Of a stretch of 64,000 nucleotides of DNA, positions 58,042 through 64,000 are shown piece by piece. The DNA is from an uncultured delta proteobacterium (GTDB lineage: Bacteria > Bdellovibrionota > FAC87 > UBA2466): positions 320,001 through 384,000 of the forward strand of contig CAVZSV010000005.1 of the NCBI GenBank assembly GCA_963778115.1. The letters run 5' to 3'. A model generated the notes under the pieces. It made no database searches and was not told where the DNA came from. It saw only the letters and a list, made by a program, of their open reading frames with translations. The number at the start of each line of letters is the position of its first letter. Positions within the stretch are counted from its first letter, which is position 1. The position numbers and the translations under genes were made by a program.

Positions 58042-58284
58042 AATGGAGGCCAGTTATACCGCAATGCATTGCAAGACTTCAATTCGTTTTAGTTCGTACG
58101 GAAGGGAACTTGTTATCGGTGAAGCCGCGAGTGGAATCAGAACCTCTACGACTTTGGCAGGTGACGTTTTACGGCTCTCTAGAACTCAAAGGACGGCGAA
58201 TCTCCACGGTAAGTGGATTTACTATTTTTTTTAAAACTGCTATTATTCGCGTCCCAAATAAAAACGGTTGCTCACGGAGGTAGT

Positions 58285-58683
58285 ATGAAGCTGTGGTTGG
58301 TTTCGTTTTGGCTGTTGTCCCTCGTTGTTGTTGTTTCCTGCGGAAACCATGATGGGAGTAATCCCACCACGGGCTCCTTGGTCTTAGGCTCCATGTCGAT
58401 GGCCCGATACGGCGGGAAGGTCTGTATCCAATATAATGTCGCCGGCACCTACGACAGCAACAAAGTGGACGGCGTTAGGAGCCAACTTCGCTCCCAAGCT
58501 AATTCGATGAACGCCACCTATAGTGAGGCTGCTTGTCCCTCCTCGGGCGCGAGTTCTTCCACTTGCCGTATGACCAAAGCAGCCAGTAGTGGGACCGCAG
58601 AGGGAGTGGTTTACTACTATCAAATTACGGATCAAGCGACAGCTCGATCCGAGTGTTCCGCCATGAACGGCATCTGGCACTAA
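58285..58683 (+). CDS. Cys-containing lipoprotein
   Basis: GGAGG RBS before ATG 58285, lipobox VVVS-C, four further Cys. Confidence 0.75.
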   Translation: MKLWLVSFWLLSLVVVVSCGNHDGSNPTTGSLVLGSMSMARYGGKVCIQYNVAGTYDSNKVDGVRSQLRSQANSMNATYSEAACPSSGASSSTCRMTKAASSGTAEGVVYYYQITDQATARSECSAMNGIWH

Positions 58684-58877
58684 AGAAGCTTTTAGCCACC
58701 CATTCACTTTTCGGCCAGAAAGTGGATGGGGGCGTCTGTCTCCCAGACGCTGAGACGAAAAACGTCGTTACCCTTCATTGGCTGCCCGACTTTGTCACAT
58801 TTGCCAAGACTCTCTCGCACTTAGTTTATTCCAATCGCATGGCATTGGGTTGCATAGAGGGCGTGGGGAGAGGGTAG

Positions 58878-60452
58878 ATGAGAACGAGCATGGGACCAAA
58901 GTTCAAAGCACATAAAAGAGCGATAGCAATTGTTATGCTACTTCCCATCCTGTTTGGTCTCACCCGATGTGAGCAGCGGCGTAACGATAAAATGATAGGG
59001 CCAATGCCAAAGCGCCTTACCTTCACCGCGACTCCCGTCGGCGAAATAGAGGCTCCCAATTCCCCTTCCGATCTCGATCGCTACGACGTACAGATAGTTC
59101 CCAACCTGACGATCACCAAGAGTGTAGACGTTTTTCGTGCCATGGCCGGAGCCCCTGAACAGCGCCAAGCTATTGGGACGATCCCTTCTGGCGCTGCGAT
59201 TTTCGTCGATCATGGTGTTAAAGTGGATGCTCAGTATCGTTATAGTTTTCTATATGAAGGGGCTGCAGCACCACTACCAGGACAAGATCCCGCCATTCAA
59301 GACGTTGTCGTAGAAATTCCCCGAGACGTCGCCATCACTTCCGACTTCGATATCAGCGAGCATGAAACTACTATGAAAGTGGGCCGCCTTTTTTTGGGCA
59401 AGAACGCTAAGATAAATACGCGTGGTTTGAAGGTTCAGATCTTTGCCAACGAACTGATTAGCCAAGAGGGGGCTCTGATCTATCTCCAAGAACCGCAGAC
59501 CTCCGAAGTGGGGCCGCTTGAGATTTGGGTTAAACAAGGGCGAGGAGACTTAAGTATCGCTCCTGACTACCCCAAGGAGTTATTAACGTCCGCTCCCCAA
59601 CTCACTACCGAGATGTCGGCTAGTGCCGCTGCCGGTACCCAAGAGGTTAGCGTGCACGTGGCGTCCCATACCTCTAGCCTTTCTGTTATTCCTGTTTTGG
59701 GAAAGCCCCCCCAGGAACCTAAGCAAAGAGGCAAGTGGGCTAGCTATCAGCGACCGTTCGTGGTCCAAATCGGAACCTCTCGCCAAGTCGTGTGCGCAGG
59801 AAAGCTGGTATCCACCGAAGAGTACTCTGGCGTCTACGCAAGACCTGTTCCAGGCAGAGACGACCCCTTTTACTATCTCATTACCCCTACTCACGGACAG
59901 TTAGCGACGTTATCGGCAATTGACCCACCCGACCCAGGAAAAACGGGACTGACTTCCGTAGGATGGAGCGTTCATGCCATGGGGCCAATGGAATGTCCCG
60001 AACCCTCAAAGATTATCTTTCCCTTTTTTGGAGATCCCAAAAGTCCCTATGCTCCAAGCTTCGCGCCGGTCGCGCGCTTAAAAGGAACCGAGCCCAATTT
60101 GCCTATGCTAATTAAAACTATCGTAAAGGAGATCCATTATACGGAAGCCCTAGATAGACTAATGGCGGTGGAAGGGCTTTCCGCTGAACTCGATGTACCG
60201 GAATGGGCGGGGGAAGTGGGATATTCGGAGGAGCAGGCTGAACTGCTTCGCGTGCTTTCAGAGAATCCCAGTACGCTTTCGAGCTACCTAAACCGACATC
60301 ACCTCAAAGCGATCCATTTCACGCCGACTCGGCACGCATCGATCCTAGAACGCAACGCCACCCTTTATCTCCCCCCGTTTCCAGCAATCTCTCCGCAGAT
60401 TTTTCTGGATACGTTGGCGAAAGACTCGCTACCGGTCACCTACGCGCGCTAG
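58878..60452 (+). CDS. Putative lipoprotein with an FN3-like segment
   Basis: Hydrophobic stretch ending LTR-C and 'FVDHGVKVDAQYRYSF'. Confidence 0.6.
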   Translation: MRTSMGPKFKAHKRAIAIVMLLPILFGLTRCEQRRNDKMIGPMPKRLTFTATPVGEIEAPNSPSDLDRYDVQIVPNLTITKSVDVFRAMAGAPEQRQAIGTIPSGAAIFVDHGVKVDAQYRYSFLYEGAAAPLPGQDPAIQDVVVEIPRDVAITSDFDISEHETTMKVGRLFLGKNAKINTRGLKVQIFANELISQEGALIYLQEPQTSEVGPLEIWVKQGRGDLSIAPDYPKELLTSAPQLTTEMSASAAAGTQEVSVHVASHTSSLSVIPVLGKPPQEPKQRGKWASYQRPFVVQIGTSRQVVCAGKLVSTEEYSGVYARPVPGRDDPFYYLITPTHGQLATLSAIDPPDPGKTGLTSVGWSVHAMGPMECPEPSKIIFPFFGDPKSPYAPSFAPVARLKGTEPNLPMLIKTIVKEIHYTEALDRLMAVEGLSAELDVPEWAGEVGYSEEQAELLRVLSENPSTLSSYLNRHHLKAIHFTPTRHASILERNATLYLPPFPAISPQIFLDTLAKDSLPVTYAR

Positions 60453-60456
60453 TACT

Positions 60457-61884
60457 TTATTTCGTAAGCGAAAGAAAGGCATTAATAAGTTCAGGACCGC
60501 AGGGGCCTTGGAGATCGTAGAAATCTGAAATGTAGGTCAATCGCTTTGCTGGATGCAGATCGTCAGTCAAAGACGTGGTGAGCAGATGATTGGGATCGTC
60601 TTTAGACATCCCTATCAGCTCCAATGAGCCGTTGTCATGGTAACGAATCTCTTCGATATCATCGTAACGCAGTGACGGATGTTGCTGGCTTGTGGCTCGC
60701 ACCAAACGCTTTCCTGTCGTGCGATCGTACTTGCTGATAGTCAAAGTTCCCGAACGATCTCCGTCCCAAGTTACCACGGTCATCTCGGTACCGTCAGGAC
60801 TAAGGGCTACCTTTGATTCGAGATGGAAATAGGCCTTCTTCCCGTTAACACTTCTAAAGTGAGTCCTGGTAACTCCACGAAACTCCATAATACCTCGGGA
60901 ATTCTCGTGGCTCGGGGCCGCACCCTCGGCATACAAAAAAGTCTGTTTCTCAGTTCCCATTCCCTTTTCCGCAAACACGATAGCCTTAAGTTGATCGTCC
61001 TCCACGCGAAGGTCTTTAATCGATCCTGACGGACGATCGTCTAACACGTCCCTGATCCCGGTGGGGATGCCAGTCGTATGGGTGAGCCGATCTCCAAAAC
61101 CCACGTCGATTATTCCATGCGGGTTGAGTTTCCCAAAGACGAGATTGTTTTTATCATCCACATCCTTAAGTTCCGCCCCGTAATAGGCAGCGCCATCTTC
61201 TCCCAAGGCTAGTTTCTCAGGCTTGTCTCCGTATCGGTTTAGTACGTTAGGGACAAAGGCGGTTCCTTGAATCTCGCCGTAATGTTCGTCGCAATGGCCG
61301 CTATGATCTAATTTCGTCACAAACAATTTTACCGTCGCCTCTTTCGCCCGGTAAGGGGTGGATATCACTTTGAGTGCAGCCAAAACGTCAACCAACTTTG
61401 GCTTTCTAAATACCTTTTCTGGTAGCTCCCGAGCTAGGGATTGGGGGAAGGGGAGTCCTCCTTCTTCCTGCACCGCGCGGACAAATGTCGTCAACTCCTT
61501 CGCGACCTCCTCAGGTCCGGCTTCCAACCTCAGTTTCGGTCTTGGGGGCTTGGGAGGAGGACTCGCCACTCGCCCTAAGAGAAAAATATTTCCGTGACCA
61601 TCGAACTGGATATCGTTCATCTCGACTTCAGACCAACCATCCAGGTTTTTAAACGAATAAAACCCCTTGTTCGCAAACGAATCGTCAATCGAGGAATCTG
61701 GCCGTAACCGCGCCACCACAGGATAAAAAAGTTCTAGCGCCCCCTGCTTTTCATAAACCTGCATGATGACGTACCGAGTCCCATCGGGAGCCGTTACCGC
61801 TCGAGCCGTCACCGCTGGCTCGGCGGCCCGCGAAGATACGGCGACAATCGCCATAAGAAAGAAAAATGGTTTCTGCCAGAACAT
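60457..61884 (-). CDS. Secreted protein with delta-60-like beta-propeller repeats
   Basis: Probable ATG at 61884 (MFWQKPFFFLMAIVAVSSRA). Repeats ARLRPDSSIDDSFANKG, TKLDHSGHCDEHYG, GKLNPHGIIDVGFG. Confidence 0.62.
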   Translation of the reverse strand: MFWQKPFFFLMAIVAVSSRAAEPAVTARAVTAPDGTRYVIMQVYEKQGALELFYPVVARLRPDSSIDDSFANKGFYSFKNLDGWSEVEMNDIQFDGHGNIFLLGRVASPPPKPPRPKLRLEAGPEEVAKELTTFVRAVQEEGGLPFPQSLARELPEKVFRKPKLVDVLAALKVISTPYRAKEATVKLFVTKLDHSGHCDEHYGEIQGTAFVPNVLNRYGDKPEKLALGEDGAAYYGAELKDVDDKNNLVFGKLNPHGIIDVGFGDRLTHTTGIPTGIRDVLDDRPSGSIKDLRVEDDQLKAIVFAEKGMGTEKQTFLYAEGAAPSHENSRGIMEFRGVTRTHFRSVNGKKAYFHLESKVALSPDGTEMTVVTWDGDRSGTLTISKYDRTTGKRLVRATSQQHPSLRYDDIEEIRYHDNGSLELIGMSKDDPNHLLTTSLTDDLHPAKRLTYISDFYDLQGPCGPELINAFLSLTK

Positions 61885-61984
61885 CTTTAGATGATAACCC
61901 AGGTTAACTCCGCGGGCGAATGATCCACCTAAACAAGCTCGAGCGAACTCTACGCTATAGCCCACAGAACGTTTGAGGGAGTGA

Positions 61985-62892
61985 ATGCGATATCTTTCTG
62001 GGCTAACTTCCTTAACAATACTTTTCCTATCTGCAGCGATTATCCATGCATAGCAGTATGCCACTTGCCCCACGACCGGGCTGAAAGTCGTCTCAACGGA
62101 TGCCGGGATCTTTCCTGATACCGATGAATTTGTCTTTTACATCGGTGGTTCGCCCAATTTCTCTTCGACCGCGTTTCCCGAGTTTGTATTGAAAAACGCA
62201 AAGACGAAAGTTCAGTACACCGTTTTTGCCGATGCTTACCATGCCGATGTCCCAGGTTGTAGCGCCCCGTGCTTCCCAGCTTCTCGAACCTCCGACCCGA
62301 CTTTTGCCGCAGCCGTAAAAGCCGGGGATTTGCAGGTCATCTCGTGCACAGAAATGCTCCCGACAAGGCCATTAGCCAATCCGAATCCTCCGGAAGGGGA
62401 TTTTCAGGTTCAAACGGTCTCGTGTCGCTTCTCCTATACTTTGCCGGGAGGCCAGAATCTCTCCTTTCCCAAACCTCACAGTTGTATTTTTACCCTTATG
62501 GGAGACACTTCTCAGACGTACTCTTGTACCGTAACCGTGTTAGACGATACTTCAAATGACGCCGATGTTCGGTGGACACCTCTGCTTTTGTCTCAAAGCT
62601 GCCCATCAACATCAGCGCCACTGCACCCACCATCCCGGGTTGTACTGTCGCTAGTACGTCACTCGCAGAGCTAATACCCGTATTGAGCGGAGGCAACGAA
62701 AGCTTCGAGGTCGAAAGCGCATCTTCCATCGAGCTATCCCAAGCGCCCGTCAAATGTACTAAGAAAAATAAATCCGATAAAAAATGTCTTAAGGGAAATG
62801 AAAAAGCATCTCCAGAACCCGAAGTAGTTACTCTTCCCTTCATCACAACGGGAAATGTGATCAATGACTACAGCTGCCCAACAGCACAGTGA
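61985..62892 (+). pseudogene. Disrupted gene for a secreted Cys-rich protein (in-frame TAG plus frameshift)
   Basis: GAGGGAG RBS, ATG 61985, signal MRYLSGLTSLTILFLSAAIIHA, then TAG at 62051-62053. The frame continues into ORF 62189..62674, with an apparent frameshift near 62570 into ORF 62572..62892. Confidence 0.68.
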
Positions 62893-63020
62893 AAACGAGG
62901 AAAGCTGATCCAAACGCTGTAGAAGAGAACTCTGCAGACTCCTTAGAAAAAAAGAAATAGCACTTCGTTACCCCTCTAATTCGTGATAGCAAAGTTTTCT
63001 TCGTGAAGACGGGAGTGGAT

Positions 63021-64000
63021 GTGTTGCGGAACTGGTGGCGCCAAAGTGGATGGCTTCTAATAGTGTTAGGGGGGATATCAAGCAATCTTCGGGCGTTCAC
63101 TTTCACCCATTCCGCGGCCTTCGGTCTTGCCTCTGAAATCCGCAGATCGCTGGGTCAACAGCAGCGCCATGGAGCTAAAGACACGCTCTCTATTGATGCC
63201 ATCAATTTAGGTTACCGCAATCTCCCTCGCTGGGAAGTCTCCGGCGAAGAGTTACGTGAACTAAAATTTTATATGCAACAATGGAGATTGCGAACGCACC
63301 GGTATCTAGTCGACTACTTGAGAGATCCCGACGGAATGCTTAGCAGATACCAAGGGCCTTCCAAAATCCTTCCCATCCCACCCGTTAAGAAAACGAAGTT
63401 TGGCTGGGACGTATGGTCCCGAGATCGAACCCTGTCACTCCCCTTCTACGACTATTGGAAAGGAATATTGTATCTGCGAGGCCTAGAGCTAAAATCTGGG
63501 GACATGCTCATCACCGATCAAAATATGCCCGATGGAGACGGAGTTTTCACCTCCATAACCAAAGAGCCAAGACTCGGCTCGCACATCGGTTTTCTTGCCT
63601 TTTTAGAGGTGGGTGAAGATGTATTTCCTGCCGTTATTGAAATTCATGAATTTGGATTGCGAGCGGTTCCTCTTAACGTTTTTGTGGGACCGGATTTCTC
63701 AAACTACATTGAAGTATTTCGAGCAAGGAACCCTCCTGCCGATTGGGCAAGAACAATATCGAATGTGGGTTTACCCTTTCTTAAAGAGCCGCACTCCTAC
63801 AATCTATGGGGGAATGAAGACGACGCTCGCTATCTTACCTGCGCAACTACGGCGCTGCATCTGCTTCGTCGCACGGGAGCCCCTTGTCCTATCCGACGGA
63901 GTGTCGTCGAGGACCAAGGGTTGCTGAGAGCTAATTTGGCTTTACTAGGCTACCATCCCGACAAACTCTTGATGCCATGTGATTTTGTCAAAGATTCTCA
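63021..64000 (+). CDS. Permuted papain-like NlpC/P60 (YiiX/YaeF-type) enzyme, runs off the right edge (not in the ORF track)
   Basis: Manual translation from GTG 63021 (GGGAG RBS) gives LKSGDMLI...SHIGF...VIE...YNL...RYLTC...LMPCDF, with His before Cys. Confidence 0.72.
   Translation, partial: MLRNWWRQSGWLLIVLGGISSNLRAFTFTHSAAFGLASEIRRSLGQQQRHGAKDTLSIDAINLGYRNLPRWEVSGEELRELKFYMQQWRLRTHRYLVDYLRDPDGMLSRYQGPSKILPIPPVKKTKFGWDVWSRDRTLSLPFYDYWKGILYLRGLELKSGDMLITDQNMPDGDGVFTSITKEPRLGSHIGFLAFLEVGEDVFPAVIEIHEFGLRAVPLNVFVGPDFSNYIEVFRARNPPADWARTISNVGLPFLKEPHSYNLWGNEDDARYLTCATTALHLLRRTGAPCPIRRSVVEDQGLLRANLALLGYHPDKLLMPCDFVKDS

Noticed and set aside
62051..62053. In-frame TAG as evidence of genome-wide amber recoding or pyrrolysine
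   Set aside because: Several clear genes end at TAG (11401, 13314, 28994, 33080), and the same gene also has a frameshift.
61885..62073. N-terminal extension of ORF 60457..62073
   Set aside because: The signal peptide begins at Met64 (61884), and the extension overlaps the divergent gene starting at 61985.
63413..63927. Two short tracked ORFs (67 and 104 aa)
   Set aside because: They are out-of-frame overlaps of the longer open frame 63021..>64000.

Overview
A gene-dense window (about 50% GC) from a diderm bacterium. The gene content suggests Bdellovibrionota or a related deltaproteobacterial-type lineage, but this is inference only. From left to right it contains: (1) a surface-polysaccharide export locus (Wzy-like, Wzc, ABC-2 pair, outer-membrane-like protein), a CoA-transferase pair and an ArfB-like release factor; (2) a Xer-like tyrosine recombinase preceded by a 13-6-13 inverted repeat resembling a dif site; (3) a glycan-modification region with a GDP-mannose 3,5-epimerase-like enzyme, two convergent membrane/spermidine-synthase-like fusions, several GT-C-type membrane proteins and a HAD-nucleotidyltransferase fusion; (4) surface proteins, namely an Ig-repeat adhesin with a degenerate vWA-like tip and a SUEL-lectin-like/CARDB protein; (5) an inositol-phospholipid/IPC-type cluster (PgpA, AUR1-like synthase, CDP-alcohol phosphatidyltransferase, Ino1) extended by a Gfo/Idh/MocA dehydrogenase, a class III aminotransferase, a flippase-like protein, a radical SAM enzyme and an MMPL transporter, which may make an amino-inositol (inosamine) lipid; (6) an array of signal-peptide-bearing proteins that includes normally cytoplasmic enzyme folds (ATP-grasp ligase, Leu/Phe-tRNA-protein transferase) and two papain-fold hydrolases, a candidate set of prey- or host-directed effectors. 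I found no tRNA, rRNA, CRISPR array or IS element. All family calls come from motif recognition by eye, not from database searches.
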